NCBI GenBank assembly: GCA_965287045.1
Contig: OZ336886.1
Location: 18,600,001-18,664,000, forward strand
DNA from: Carcharhinus amblyrhynchos
Lineage: Eukaryota
Length of the DNA: 64,000 nucleotides
Direction of reading: 5' to 3'
Positions 49,486 through 62,480 of this stretch are shown one piece after another; positions within the stretch are counted from its first letter, which is position 1; every line of letters begins with the position of its first letter. The translations under genes were made by a program, and so were the position numbers. The notes beneath the pieces were generated by a model. The model was not told where the DNA came from. It made no database searches and saw only the letters and a list, made by a program, of their open reading frames with translations.

Positions 49486-49814
49486 GGGTGAAGGAGGGGG
49501 AGAAGGGGTGAAGGAGGGGGAGAAGGGGTGAAGGAGGGGGAGAAGGGGTGAAGGAGGGGGAGAAGGGGTGAAGGAGGGGGAGAAGGGGTGAAGGAGGGGG
49601 AGAAGGGGTGAAGGAGGGGGAGAAGGGGTGAAGGAGGGGGAGAAGGGGTGAAGGAGGGGGAGAAGGGGTGAAGGAGGGGGAGAAGGGGTGAAGGAGGGGG
49701 AGAAGGGGTGAAGGAGGGGGAGAAGGGGTGAAGGAGGGGGAGAAGGGGTGAAGGAGGGGGAGAAGGGGTGAAGGAGGGGGAGAAGGGGTGAAGGAGGGGG
49801 AGAAGGGGTGAAGG
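49486..49814 (+). repeat. 20-bp polypurine minisatellite (agaaggggtgaaggaggggg)n
   Basis: 15 perfect units at 49501-49800 plus partial flanking units. Confidence 0.98.
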
Positions 49815-49864
49815 GGGAGGGGGCAGAGTAGGGATTGGTGAGGGGGAGCACTATAGAGTGCTCT

Positions 49865-50085
49865 ATTCCAGCCCCTATCCCGATAAGCCTAAGTATTTAC
49901 CCTGCTAATCGCCCTAATCTACACATGTTGGGACACTGAGGGGCAATTTAGCATGGCCAATCAACCTATCCCGCACACCTTTGGACTGTGGGAGGAAACC
50001 GGGAGAACGGGGATAGTCACCTGAGGTCGGAATTGAACCCAGGTCCCTGGCACTGTAAGGCAGCAGCGCTAACCACTGCGCCACC
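49865..50085 (-). mobile_element. HE1-type V-SINE, internally deleted
   Basis: ggggcaatttagcatggccaatcaaccta...aattgaacccaggtccctggcactgtaaggcagcagcgctaaccactgcgccacc. Confidence 0.85.
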
Positions 50086-50729
50086 CCAAAATAACAGCGT
50101 CCAATATGGGGTTGGATCTCTTTCATTCACCAGCTTGTCAATAATGGAGCTAAGATCCTGATTCCTCTGTGCCTTGCATCTCACCATTTGAGCATGGAGA
50201 TGGATAACCAGCTCCAGTGTTCCCTCAGTGCTCCCGAAATGTAAAGGGGTCTTGCACTTAAAACAAACTGCCCATGCCCACAACTCCCACCAAAAAATAA
50301 GAAGATATGTTGGAAGATAAGTTGAGCAGCTGATCGAATTTCTAGCCCTCTGATTCCTCTATTGTTATAATGGAAGAATGAATACAAACATTAACCTTTA
50401 ATTCACCCTGTAATATCACAAAGCAAAATCCCATGTTGCAAACCACAGCAGATTTACACTGGATAAAAAAAAAATTTGGCATAGGGTGAAGTTCTAAAAC
50501 ACATTAGACAATGAAAAGCCTTTTAGGCTTCTGCAGTTTCAAGTGATTGGCCTTAATTAATAGCTATCCCTAAACAGCAGTCTAAAATTGATTTAATCAT
50601 AGCAGGCATTTCACTTGAAGGATTCAAATGTATATGGATTTTCTCATTGAATTTGCAACGCTATTCATTGTGAAAACAGCAGGGAATATGTTTCCTGCTT
50701 GTCTTATGTTTGTAAGGATTTCTACCAAC

Positions 50730-50788
50730 CTCAAAGGTATTGCCAGTAATGTCAAATTCTGGGGGTACAAAGGCACCTTCTGGATCAT
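50730..50788 (-). CDS. KNDC1: KNDC1 coding exon (exon 3 equivalent), KIND1
   Basis: tttacag|AT...GAG|gttggt. 59 nt, phase 1 to 0, DDPEGAFVPPEFDITGNTFE, near-identical to recalled KNDC1. Confidence 0.95.
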
Positions 50789-53139
50789 CTGTAAATAAAT
50801 GATAAAGAAAATCAATCACAAAGTACAAAATGCAACAATATGCTTTCATAGTGGCACCGAATAACTAACTCATAATACATGTGCGTTTAAAGGCTTTGAA
50901 ATTAGTTCCTCCTCCTTCTACATCTTACCATTCTCTTTTATTCCCCTCCCTTCATTCCCTGAGGATTGTATTTTTTTTTACTGGGGTGCACAATTTCCAC
51001 AGGAAATTAAATTAGGTGGCTTATCAAAGGAAATATCCATGTGTAATGACTTGAACAAGGCACATGTGGTTGGTGTCTTGGAGTATGAGCTTCCTGATTG
51101 AAGTCATCGCAATAAGATACCCCTGATTGAGGCCAATCGGGGAGCCTCACATATATAGTAAAGTAGGAGTTTCAGGTCTCTGGATTCTGACTTTGTATCT
51201 GAAGCACTCCAGGAGTGGAAAGCGGATCTGTTGAAGAAGCACTAGCCTCTGAGAGGTTATTTCACCACGTGGACTTAATGGTCTATTTATGGGCTGGGAA
51301 ATTCTATGATTTGCTATCACAATGTGTGCGTGAGAGACTTGTGAGTGGTGACAGAGTATTCGATACTCTTCCCCCGAACATCAGCAGCATCAGACTCCTT
51401 CCCTCCCTTCAACCCCTCAAACAGTCATGGTCAGCATTCCCACTGCTCTCCTATCTGCTCTTCCTCCCATCACAAATAAATGAGTTCACCTTACTGAGGT
51501 TCCCGCTAGGGTCAGCCTCTGCCACTACTCCTGGCACAGGGTGGCACTACTAGGTTGGGCATGAACTGATTACAGTGCCAGTGAGGGGCAACGAAAATCA
51601 GATATTGCGATCACACCAGCGAGATTCACGATTTCCGGGTTTTGCTGGATCTTGAACCTCTGGCACCGATCACACAAATGGAGAGTGCCGGCTCAGTGCA
51701 GGTGCAGGCCATAGAAACTGATGGGTAAAAAAATCCTAAATCCTGAGCAAGCGTGAAAATGGAAGAGTTTCGGATCCGTTTTTTCAGTGAGGCCTCAAGT
51801 CTAATCTTACATCTCTCTGAAAAAAACCCCACAAAACTGCTTCCTGCCAGCAGGAGGAGAGGGAAGGGCCAATGCCTTAACTTGCCAGAGATCCAGCAGC
51901 TTATGGTAAAGGGCGGAATCACTGCCTCGCCCCCTCCCCCCCAAATATTTTGTCCTCCATGGATAATTGCACCTCTTCCCCAACCCAGCTGACAATTCCC
52001 ACCCCCCGGCATGGCCCAATTGATCACCATCCACCCTCCCCCCCCCACCCCAGTCAATTGATAGTTGCAGAATGAATAGCAATTCCACACCCCCCCCCAT
52101 CACAAAGTGTGCAGCCTTCACAGCCCCTCCCATCTGATCCCAGTTGCAGAGTGAACAATGCTCCCCACACCTGCCTCCCTTTAGGCCCCACCCCTACCCA
52201 GGCCTTGCCCCCTTCAAGTAACCCCTGACCCCTCTGGCCACACCCCCTAGGCACCGTCCAACCCCACCCCCCATTCCCAAACTCCCAAGAGGCCTCAGAA
52301 TACCAAGATCGGCAAGGCCATCGTGACAGGACCCCGTTGATTGGGATTATTCGCGATCTTCACCGATGAGGACCTTCTCCAGGAGGCCACAAAAGTAAGT
52401 GAACCAGGGTGATTCCATCTTGGGCTGCCTAATAATATTTAAATCAGATTTAAAATCAATTTAAATATGGAGATCAGCGTCGCACAGGCTGCTCCTGCCG
52501 GACATCAGGGCCCAGTAAGATTACAAAATCAGGCATGTTTTTCACCTGTCTTTGCCATCTTAGTTTTAAGTTTATTTATGTGTCACGAGTAGTCTTACAT
52601 TAACACTGCAACGAAGCTACCGGCTCACCCCACCCATCAACCGGTGGGACAAGGAGGTAAGAACACCCCCCCGCCCCCTTTAATCTATGTTCCCATTAAT
52701 TTGCATATATTGCAAGTGGTTAATACTAAACCATCTTGGTATTCTGATTTAGGATTTAAACACAAATGGGGAAATAGACAGCCAAAGTTCAAACTAAATA
52801 AACCTCCAAATTAGCAATAGAAGTATAAAGAAAGTGGAGGAGATTAAATTCCTTTGCCCCAATTTCTAGGCATGGTTCACTTTGTGCATTTGCCTGTTGG
52901 ATTTGAAAGTTGAATTGGTAAGATACGAGGGTTGGACGTGGTAAGTATTTAAGCACTTCTTGAATTGTATTAATTTTCTCAGAACAGGATTTGGATCAGA
53001 ATGTTGTACCCTTTGTTTTTAATGATACTTCAGGACTTCAATAATCAACTTTTTCAAATACCACCCTTCCTGCATTCCAACATTCTGAGTCATATTTGAG
53101 CTGGACATTCACTTTGATATTATTTGGTGCAATTCATTA

Positions 53140-54380
53140 CAGTGCAGCGTGTTGTTCTGGCGTGCAGCGTGTTATTGTGTCGTGCAGCGTGTTGTTCCGG
53201 CGTCGTGCAGCGTGTTGTTCCGGCGTCGTGCAGCGTGTTGTTCCGGCGTCGTGCAGCGTGTTATTCTGGTGTGCAGTGTGATATTGTGACGTGTAGCATG
53301 TTATTCTGGCGTGCAGCATGTTGTTCTGGCGTGCAGCGTGATTTTCTGGCGTGCAGCGTGATATTCTGGCGTGCAGCGTGATATTCTGGCGTGCAGCGTG
53401 ATATTCTGGCGTGCAGCGTGATATTCTGGCGTGCAGCATGTTGTTCTGGCGTGCAGCGTGATATTCTGGCGTGCAGCGTGATGTTCTCGTGTGCAGCGTG
53501 ATATTCTGGCGTGCAGCGTGATATTCTGGCGTGCAGCGTGATATTCTGGCGTGCAGCGTGATATTCTGGCGTGCAGCGTGATATTCTGGCGTGCAGCGTG
53601 ATATTCTGGCGTGCAGCGTGATATTCTGGCGTGCAGCGTGATATTCTGGCGTGCAGCATGTTGTTCTGGCGTGCAGCGTGATATTCTGGCGTGCAGCGTG
53701 ATATTCTGGCGTGCAGCGTGATATTCTGGCGTGCAGCGTGATATTCTGGCGTGCAGCGTGTTGTTCTGGCGTGCAGCGTGATGTTCTCGTGTGCAGCGTG
53801 ATATTCTGGCGTGCAGCGTGATATTCTGGCGTGCAGCGTGATATTCTGGCGTGCAGCGTGATATTCTGGCGTGCAGCATGTTGTTCTGGCGTGCAGCGTG
53901 ATATTCTGGCGTGCAGCGTGATGTTCTCGTGTGCAGCGTGATATTCTGGCGTGCAGCGTGATATTCTGGCGTGCAGCGTGATATTCTGGCGTGCAGCGTG
54001 ATATTCTGGCGTGCAGCGTGATGTTCTCGTGTGCAGAGTGATATTCTGGCGTGCAGAGTGATATTCTGGCGTGCAGAGTGATATTCTGGCGTGCAGCGTG
54101 ATGTTCTCGTGTGCAGTGTGATATTGTGACGTGCAGCGTGTTATTCTGGCGCGCAGCGTGTTGTTCTGTCATGCAGCATGTTATTGTGACGTACAGCGTG
54201 CTGTTCTGGCGCGCGGCGTGTTGTTCTGTCATGCAGCATGTTATTGTGACGTACAGCGTGCTGTTCTGGCGCGCGGCGTGTTGTTCTGGTGTGCAGTGTG
54301 TTATTGTGACGTGCAGTGTGTTATTGTGACGTGCAGTGTGTTATTCTGGCGTGCAGTATGTTATTCTGATGTGTAGCATC
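53140..54380 (+). repeat. 20-bp CpG-rich minisatellite (gtgcagcgtgatattctggc)n, ~60 units
   Basis: Homogeneous core 53340-54100 with recurrent variants and degenerate ends. 23-bp units near 53180-53260. Confidence 0.98.
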
Positions 54381-55159
54381 TTATTCTCAGTCAACACATT
54401 GGTTGGATTTTCTCCTACTGCCCTGTGGCATGTTTTCTGATTGCGGAGGTGGCTCAACGGCCACCAGTGGGATCTTATGGTCCCGAAGTCTACAGCATGG
54501 GACTGGAAGATCCTGTTATCAGGAGTGTGCTGGAAAATTTCACCCATTGTGTAGCTATTGTGCTTGCATCCATTCCCAAGGAAATAATTTCTTTATTTCA
54601 CCAGCCCCAAGGCAAGACAGTTCTGGATGAACATTTGAACAATGGTTTCAAAATGACGTGTGCTTGGGTAACAGGTGTGCAGTTAATTCAGAGCAAATTT
54701 CGTGCTTTGCTGTCTTTACTGAGCTCAAGTATTCGCAGCCAATTCCTCCAGAGAACTCATTGAGCTCCAGACTGAATGCAAAAATATTTAAATGAGTTAT
54801 TTGCCATTTTCTTTCCTGGTTTAAACCTCCGTTTGGAATAAAAAAAACCAGAGCAGGGCCATTGGCACAGCAGCAGACAAATAGATTTCAGATGCTTTTT
54901 TTTGGAATGGATACATAGCAGTGTTTTTCTGAGACACATATTTACCATCTGTCTGAAACCATTTATATATTCAGTTTTTAAAAGAAAAAATTGAACTCCA
55001 CATTTACACACTTGAAGGTAATGCATTAGGTTTCAGCTTTGTGGCATTTTGGGAGTAGCATGCAAGAAACCTAAAGGTTATTGCAGCATATCTGTCAGTA
55101 CTTGTTTTTTTTAAAAGCCTGCCACTCCATTACCATCACACTTCTGGGTTCCCCGATCA

Positions 55160-55510
55160 ATTTGCATGAACTTGGAAAAGCAGCCGGCATAATCAAGGAT
55201 GCCTCGCACCCTGGACATACTCTTTCCACATTTTCTCCTTTGGGAAAAAGATACGAAAGTCTAAGATGACGTGCCAACCACCTCAAGAACAGTTTCTTCC
55301 CTGCTGCCATCAGACTTTTGAATGGACCCACCCATATATTAAGCTCATCTTTCTCTACACTCTAGCTATCACTGTAACACAATATTCTGCACCCTCTCCT
55401 TTCCTTATCCCCGATGTACTATGAACAGTATGTTTTGCTTGTGTAGCACGCAAGAAACAATACTTTTCACTCTATCCCAATACATGTGACAATAATAAAT
55501 CAAATCAAAG
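55160..55510 (+). mobile_element. Rex1/Babar-like LINE 3' end
   Basis: LGKAAGIIKDASHPGHTLSTFSPLGKRYESLR*...LKNSFFPAAIRLLN, tail aataataaatcaaatcaaa. Confidence 0.8.
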
Positions 55511-55609
55511 GTATAATGGAGCATTTTAATTCCTGCATTTGAAAGGACATTTCAAATATGAAATTTGATGGTATGTTGCAAAAGAAGGAATTAGCACAGT
55601 GAAGACCAG

Positions 55610-56160
55610 GCTCTCAAAGGTGTGCCTCATTTTAATGCTACCTCCTATTGGAATGCTGCCATAAAGGCTCTACTTGGAGATATTGTTTTATACTAATGGG
55701 AGGAAGGAGCCTGCATGTGAAACAAAGAATGCCATGCCCATGAGGACAGCAGTAGGACTGTAGAGTCATGGTTGTGAATTCAATACCAAAAGAGGTTTAA
55801 TGGTGTAATAGGGCAGGAAAACTAGGCACAGTGCCAACCCAAACTTGATCATCACTCCCATATCCTCATTTACCTTCTCAAGCCTAGTTCAGTTCCTCAC
55901 TCCTCACATACACCTTGCTCTCAGGTATGCTGTCTGTCTACTGCACTTCTAACATTGCCATCTGTTCATCAACCCACTCTCATCCTAATGCAATGTTATA
56001 GCTCTCTCTCATAGTCACCCTCAACAAATTCCCCCAATCCATCTGGTCAACACAAGCCATTACACCTGTTAATTGGTCTTTTCTTTCCCTCCTTACAGAA
56101 GAAAGGTACAGAACATAAGGAGGCACTGAGCTCATTCTGACTGGCTGTCAGAGCTAGTGT
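55610..56160 (+). mobile_element. Possible highly decayed PIF/Harbinger Myb/SANT-like gene remnant
   Basis: Frameshifted fragments read PHFNA, ILFYTNGRKEPACETKNA and IQYQKRFN, resembling Harbinger Myb/SANT (P.F...W.Q..KRFNDL), followed by an intron-like pyrimidine tract ending ccttacag. Confidence 0.35.
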
Positions 56161-56504
56161 CCTCCCAGCTACTTCGTAACAGAACTAAGTAGCAGACAGT
56201 CACATGACATACAACACTCATTCACGTTGAATTGATGGCAGAGTGAAATATGATCATGTGCATAATGTTCACTTAAAATAATCTTACGTTAATAGTTCTA
56301 ATTCACATCTTCAATCTCCCTTGGACCTTTAAGCATCTCAAAGGACATGGTCTGAGAGGACTTGCCAACTGTTCAGAAGTTGCTCCCTCTATGGAATACC
56401 ATAACAGGACTTATATCAACCACGTACTAGCTCAGGTACTCAAACTTCAGCAGGATTGATAAGGCAGAGAGTTGGGTTTTCACCTGCTGACACATTGCAA
56501 GGTC

Positions 56505-57360
56505 ATTTGTTCACGGGATGCAAGTGTTGCTGGGAAGGCTCGCATTTATTACCCATCATGAATTGCCTTTAGAGAAGGTGGAGGTGAACCACACTCTTAC
56601 ACCAATGTAGTCTGTGTCAGGTAGGTACACCCACAATGCTGTTAGGTAGGCAATTCCAAGCTTATGACCAATGACAATGAAGGAACAGAACTTTAGGAAG
56701 TCAGAATGGTGCGTGACTTGGAGGAGACATTGCAGCTGGTGGTGTTGTCTTGCATGTACTTACCTTGTCGATGTGGTAGACATTGTGGGTTTGCAAGGTG
56801 CTATTCAAGAAACTTTGGTGAGTCGCTGCAGTGCATCTTGTAAATGGTACACTAGTGCAGACACGTGGCCCTAGTGCTAGAGTGCATGACTATTTTTAAG
56901 GCAGTGGATGGGGTGTCTATCAAGTAAGCTTCTTTGTCCTGGATGGTGGTGAGCTTCTCAAGTGTTGTTGAAGCTGCACTCCTGCAGGCAAATGGAGAGT
57001 ATTCCATCATACTCTTGATTTCTGCCTTGTAGATGGTAGGCTTTGAGAGGCAAAAGGTGAGATACTCCCCACAGAATACCAAACCTCTGATCAGTTCTTT
57101 AATGGGGGTCCCCTCATGTTGATGGTGGGAATTCAGGAATGGTAGTGCCACTAAATATCAAAGGGCACTGATCAAACTCTCTCTTGGTGGGTACAGGAAT
57201 AGGGAGGGAATAGAGGCATATGGACTGAATAAGGACAGAAGGATTCTTTTTTAAGTTTAGATAGGGCATCATGATTGGCACAGGCTTGGAGGGCCAAAGG
57301 GCCAGTTCCTGTGCTGTACTTTCCTTTGTTCTCTTTGTTCAAGATTGTCATTGCCTGGCA
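56505..57360 (-). mobile_element. Second LINE family fragment with nested CR1 tail (+, ~57190-57340)
   Basis: Minus ORF TIYKAEIKSMMEYSPFACRSAASTTLEKLTTIQDK matches the 42210-42330 region. Confidence 0.8.
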
Positions 57361-58639
57361 TTAAGGATCACTTAGCTCTGTCCTCAGCATACTGCTTCCA
57401 CTCTAACAGGCATGTAGTTCTGCATTATAACTTCACTAGGTCGACGACTTATTTTTTAGCTATTCCAGATGTTGTTGAACAAGAGCAAACTGGAGATGAA
57501 ACAGTCATGGAGAGTCCATGTTGGAGGCAGCAGGATGCTCAAAGTATGCTCAGCTGGACACAGAAGCTGTGCAAAGAGGGCTGTCAATGAACAAGATACT
57601 TCTGGACATAGAAGTGGGGACTCTTCTCAAAGTCCTTCCACTTCTCGCCTGCTTTCCAAAGTGCTAATTAGATATCTCCAAGGTGTAAAAGACATCTTCA
57701 AAGTTGTAAAAGTGACCTCCCATTGTACCTACCATCAACAAAGCCTTTCAAACAAACAGACAAGTGAGTATTTGTGACATGGCAGTAGTTACAGGAAAAT
57801 TTCCCTATCATGACTTCAGCCGCATCAGATATCTGCAGTTCTCACCTTGCTTTCACTGATGGAGTTTCTAAGGAGGCTGGGAAATCAGTAAACCCACGGT
57901 TAAATAGCTAAAGCCATGTTACTAGTGTTGTAATTGAGTGATTAACATTGAAGTTCACAGCCTGTCTCTCCAGAGGGGGTTGCTTGAAGCAGCCTAATGC
58001 AGTAAAGTTAAATGCAGAAGCCAGCGGGCTGGAGATGGATTCCCAGTGCACTCACATTCTGACATGACATAAATCTCCTCCTGCCTTCAAACCCACGTGC
58101 TTACCCATGTTAAAACCATCCCGGTGTTTCTAAAGAACTTTAATCACAATATTGAAGTTTGAGATAGTACAAGATAAAAGTAGCAAAAAAAAGGAATAAT
58201 GTTTAACTGAGTACACTAATATGTAATCATGCTTCTTACTTTTCCCTGTATACCCACCTATCTCCAATAACAAGCCACAAAGATGGAAGGCCTAGGCAAT
58301 CCATTGACCAGTGTTCTAAGTCAGAATCCCCTATCCATATGACATTACTGCACTCGCTGTGTTTTGCAAAGAAATAAATCCAAGTAAAGGCAAAAGTAAA
58401 ATTAGTTAAGAATGACCATGTACCTGTCAAGTGAGGTGGAACAGAATAAATCAATGAGTGCCAAAGCAAGTGCTGAGTTTCATGGGTCACAGGCCATAAC
58501 TGGGCCCCTCAATTGCACAAAGTGTGATAATGAGAAGAGCTTAATACATTTTTAATTCAAAACTGAAAAAGGATACTGTTCACAGATTTTGATTCAGTTC
58601 ATCAACAACCACCTGAAAATGAATGCCTTATTAAAAGGG

Positions 58640-58955
58640 TGACATGGCGGCACAGTGGTTAGCAGTGCTGCCTCAGTGCCAGGGGTTTGGGTTCAGTTTC
58701 GACTTCGGGTCAATGTCTACGCAGAGTTTGCATGTTCTCCCCATATCTGCGTGGGTTTCCTTTGGGTGCTCAGGTTTCCTCCCACACTCCAAAGACATTT
58801 TGGTTAGGTTAATGGGCATACTACATTGCCCCTTAGTGTCAGGGAGATTAGCAGAGTAAATATGTGAGGTTATAGGGATAGGGCCTGGGTAGGATTGTTG
58901 TTGGTGCAGGATCGATGGGCTGAATGGCCTCTTTCTGCACTGTACGATTCTTTAA
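58640..58955 (+). mobile_element. HE1-type V-SINE
   Basis: Head, central domain and tail all recognisable. Confidence 0.85.
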
Positions 58956-59529
58956 TTTTATGAAAAAAAAGCACATATTATCTGCTAATGATTGACGTAC
59001 TCAATGGACGGGAATTATGATCAAACTATTAAAATCACATTCTTGATTCTGGTTACCATTTTTGACATGAATTTTATGATATTACTACTGCCAAGTTCCC
59101 TCACTGCCAATCATTTAAGGAATGGTTCAAGTCCATAGTGCAAACAGAGAAAAAAAAAATCACTTATTTCAAACACCACAATCTTGCCATTTTTTTGCAA
59201 AAAATTCCAAAGTTTTGTTTCCTAAACTTTGAGAACTGAAATTGGAATTGGTTGATTAGTGAAGTCCAGATTATTCTCCCAAATATGCCTAAGGCTTTTT
59301 TTGAAAATTAGCAATGAAAATATTGTAGAGTTCAAAGAGAGGAAACATTAGTACCACAGATACAGTATCTCAAAACTGGCAACCTTAGGACCAAGTCTCT
59401 GCTGGATTCTGGATCCTGTCGATTTTCTGGTCAGATGGTTTGAGCCAGGTTGGAACAAGCATGTCGAGTGTCAAGGATATGTTTTACAAGTAAGGATTTC
59501 AAAGGGTGGCTTTCGGAGAAGTAGAGACA

Positions 59530-59870
59530 ATGCAGCACGGTAGCACTGTGGTTAGCACTGCTGACTGTCAGTGCCAAGGACCTGGGTTCAATTCCAGCTT
59601 TGGGTCACTGTCTGTGTGGAGTTTGCATGTTCTCCCCATGTCTGCATGGGTATCCTCTGGGTGCTCCTATTTCCTCCCACAGTCCAAAGATGTTCAGGTT
59701 AGAGAGATTAGCCATGGTAAACGCGCAGGGTTAACAGGGATTAGCAGGGTGCATATGTAGAGTTATGGGGATAGGGTGGTGGGTGGGCTTGGGCAAGATG
59801 CTCTGTTGGAGAGTCAATGTAGAATCGATGGGCTGAATGGTCTCTTTCTGCGCTGTATGGATTCTATGAA
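59530..59870 (+). mobile_element. HE1-type V-SINE
   Basis: gcagcacggtagcactgtggttagcactgctg...gatgggctgaatggtctctttctgcgctgtatggattctatga. Confidence 0.85.
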
Positions 59871-60279
59871 CGCTGCAAGAGAAGGCCAGGAAATTCTTTG
59901 GCGCTACTTCAGTTCTGTCTGGACTGCTTTGCCAGATTCTTGGCAGAAGCTCTGTTCATGAATGCAAATAATTTCATTGCATTGTTAATGTAAGCCTACT
60001 TGTGACAAATGAAAAAAAGAGGGTTTTCTTTCTCTTCAGTGAAGTGTTGGTAATGGAACGGGAGCAGCTCCAACGGGTTTCCCAGCGATGTGGGCAAGGA
60101 GGGACACATTTAGGTGATGGCAGCTTTTCAAACAGTCTGCTTCTCAGACAGTGTGGGTTACCGGATGGCCGGGTTTGAGACACTGTACCCCTAGAAAGTG
60201 ATACAATGCATCATGCGACATTCACTGAAGCCCTTGTTATTTATGCAAGAAAAGATTTTGAAGAACACACGGTACTCAC

Positions 60280-60478
60280 CACTCAGCTGCTCCATGAAGC
60301 AAACATTGCCATTAGCATTGAAAGCCAAGGTATCTGGGGTGATGCACAGAGTATGAAAGAGTGGAGTGTGGGAGATACTCTTCATTGAAAGGCAACATTC
60401 TAGGCAAGCTGCCCAGATATCCTGTTCACTGAGGCAGCTATCTCGCAAAGACAGGATGTCAGCAAGGGATACATTCTC
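60280..60478 (-). CDS. KNDC1: KNDC1/very-KIND coding exon (equivalent to exon 2), start of KIND1 domain
   Basis: Acceptor ttggcag|GAG, donor AGT G|gtgagt. 199 nt encode ENVSLADILSLRDSCLSEQDIWAACLECCLSMKSISHTPLFHTLCITPDTLAFNANGNVCFMEQLS, closely matching recalled vertebrate KNDC1 (ENVSLADILSLRDRGLSEQEAWAVCLEC...CITPDTLAFNTSGNVCFMEQLS). Confidence 0.96.
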
Positions 60479-61029
60479 CTGCCAAATAAATACATAAATT
60501 AAATAAGAAACTAACAGTAGCAGCAAGTGAAACACCTTATTTATTTTTAAATGTCGTGTGTGTGCCGGCACAGCCCATCAGTATTACTGCCTTTCATAGC
60601 TTCTCTGTACAGCATTAAAAACAGGGATACAATTTTACATTGAGCAGATTAAATATAGGCTAGCTTGAACAAAAATTTAATTTGTATTTTGAGTCATCAT
60701 TATTGATATGTACTGTATAAAACAGATTAATGCCAGGCAACAGTCATTCGAAAGCCAGTGGCCCAGATATTGCTGTTGATAGAGAAGAAACAGCATTGGT
60801 TGTTCACCTGACATACAGTCGACCTCACGGCCTTTCAGCTATTTCAACACTCACGGTGTTCGTTTGAATTCGACACTCTCTACAGGGCATTTGTGGTGAC
60901 TGAATAGGGCAAGAACTGGACAAGTCACTCACTCTATTCAGCCAGACTGAAGAATGGCCACAAACAAAACAGCGGGAAGTAAAATACAGGAAATGAAAAT
61001 TAAATTTAAAACATTATACAGAAGATACT

Positions 61030-61575
61030 TTTCATTCATTCATGGGGTGCGGGAGTCGCTGGCTGGGCCAACATTTATTGCCCACCCCTGAGGATTTAAC
61101 AGTCAACCACATTGATTCCACGCCCATAGCAAATGTAGGCAGATTTTCTCCGCTAAAGGACTGGATGGGTTTTTTGACAAATTGATAGTGGTTTCAAAAT
61201 TATTAGACTTTTATTTCCAGACTTTTATTAAATTCAAATTTCAGGGGTGATAAATATAGGACAGATGTCAGAGGTAGGTTCTTTATTCAGAGGGTAGTAA
61301 GGGCATGGAATGCCCTCCCTACAGCAGTTGTGGACTTGCCAACTTTAAGGGCATTCAAATGGTCATTGGATAGACGTACGGATAATATTCGAATAGTTTA
61401 GGTTAGAGGGTCACTAGATTGGTTCCAGTGGTCAGCGCAACATCGAGGGCCAAAGGGCCTGTACTGCGCTGTAATGTTCTATGTTCAAATTTCACCCTCT
61501 GCTGTGGTGGGATTTGAACCCAGGTCCCTAGAGCATTCTGGATTATTAGTCCAGCAACAATTACACTACCTCCTC
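61030..61575 (-). mobile_element. Second-family SINE with nested CR1 3' end (+, 61244-61483)
   Basis: 11-bp TSD ttcaaatttca at 61233-61243 and 61484-61494. SINE head (ggtgggatttgaacccagg) lies after the insert. Confidence 0.8.
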
Positions 61576-62159
61576 CCCTATTGAAATATACACATGGGTT
61601 TAAGGAAGAGTCATGAAAGAGAAAATTGCAAAAGCTATACAATATTTCTTAAATGTCTGTATTATTGATTTCCCTCTGAGAGAATGTGACTTCATGCTTT
61701 CAAATTCTTTCAGGGAAGAGCAAGGTTGTTTAGCAGTAATTATAAATCACTATGCCACTAAAACACGGTTACTCCAGGCTGAGCAAGGTTTTCAATGGTC
61801 TTTTGTCTGAGTATAATGGCTAATTGGCACAAGTTAGCGCCTTAACTTTAAATTCTGTGGGACTCCATTGTTGTAATTGCAACACACAACCTGTGGAGGA
61901 TGACAGTATCACGACCAGCAACCTTTGAATTTCCATGTTTAACTGTGCATTTGTGGCTGTCTGAAATTGCCACCTGATTTACCCAGTAATAATCACTAAT
62001 GCCGACAGCCTCTTGTGTGAAAAAGAGCAAGTTTTAAACTCCATTGTGAATTCACTATTTTTTTTCACCAAGTTAGACAGCTCAGAAAGATTATCCAACT
62101 TGAAACAGTTTTCAGCAAAAGGAATCCACCAAGAGTGGGAATTCAAATTTGTTAATTTT

Positions 62160-62480
62160 TGAATGTTCTTTCATGGGATATGGGCTTGATGAACATTTAT
62201 TGCCCATCAATAATTATCCTTGAGAAAATAATGGTGAGCTGCCACCATGAACTGCTACAGTCCATGTGGTGTGGGAATACCCACAGTGCTGTTAGGAAGG
62301 GTGTTCCAGGATTTTCACTCAGTGATAGTGAAAGAATGGTGATATATTTCCAAGTCAGGATGGTGAGTGACTTGAAGGGGATCTTGAAAGAGACGGTGTT
62401 CCATGTACCCACTGCACCTATCTTTTGAGGTGGCAGAGATTGCAGGTTTGAAAGATGCTATTAAAGGAGCTTTAGTGAGG
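62160..62480 (-). mobile_element. Second LINE family 3' end
   Basis: ttcatgggatatgggc...catttattgcccatc...tatatttccaagtcaggatggtgagtgacttg. Confidence 0.8.

Noticed and set aside
49438-49851. 137-aa Pro-rich ORF
   Set aside because: Translation of the polypurine minisatellite.
51040-51360. Possible solo LTR (tgtaat start, ccaat and tatata motifs)
   Set aside because: I could not find a convincing CA end, TSD, polyadenylation signal or second copy.
53261-54232. 323-aa and overlapping repetitive ORFs (HAARQNITLHARISRCTPEY)n
   Set aside because: These are translations of the 20-bp minisatellite. The unit lacks stops on that strand, all frames give the same peptide, and there is no splice or homology support.
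53140-54380. CRISPR-like array
   Set aside because: Head-to-tail tandem units without unique spacers, vertebrate context and no cas genes.
60476-60481. NAGNAG (CAG GAG) tandem acceptor at exon 2
   Set aside because: GAG is a poor acceptor and the Glu is conserved in the recalled orthologue, so there is no evidence of alternative use.
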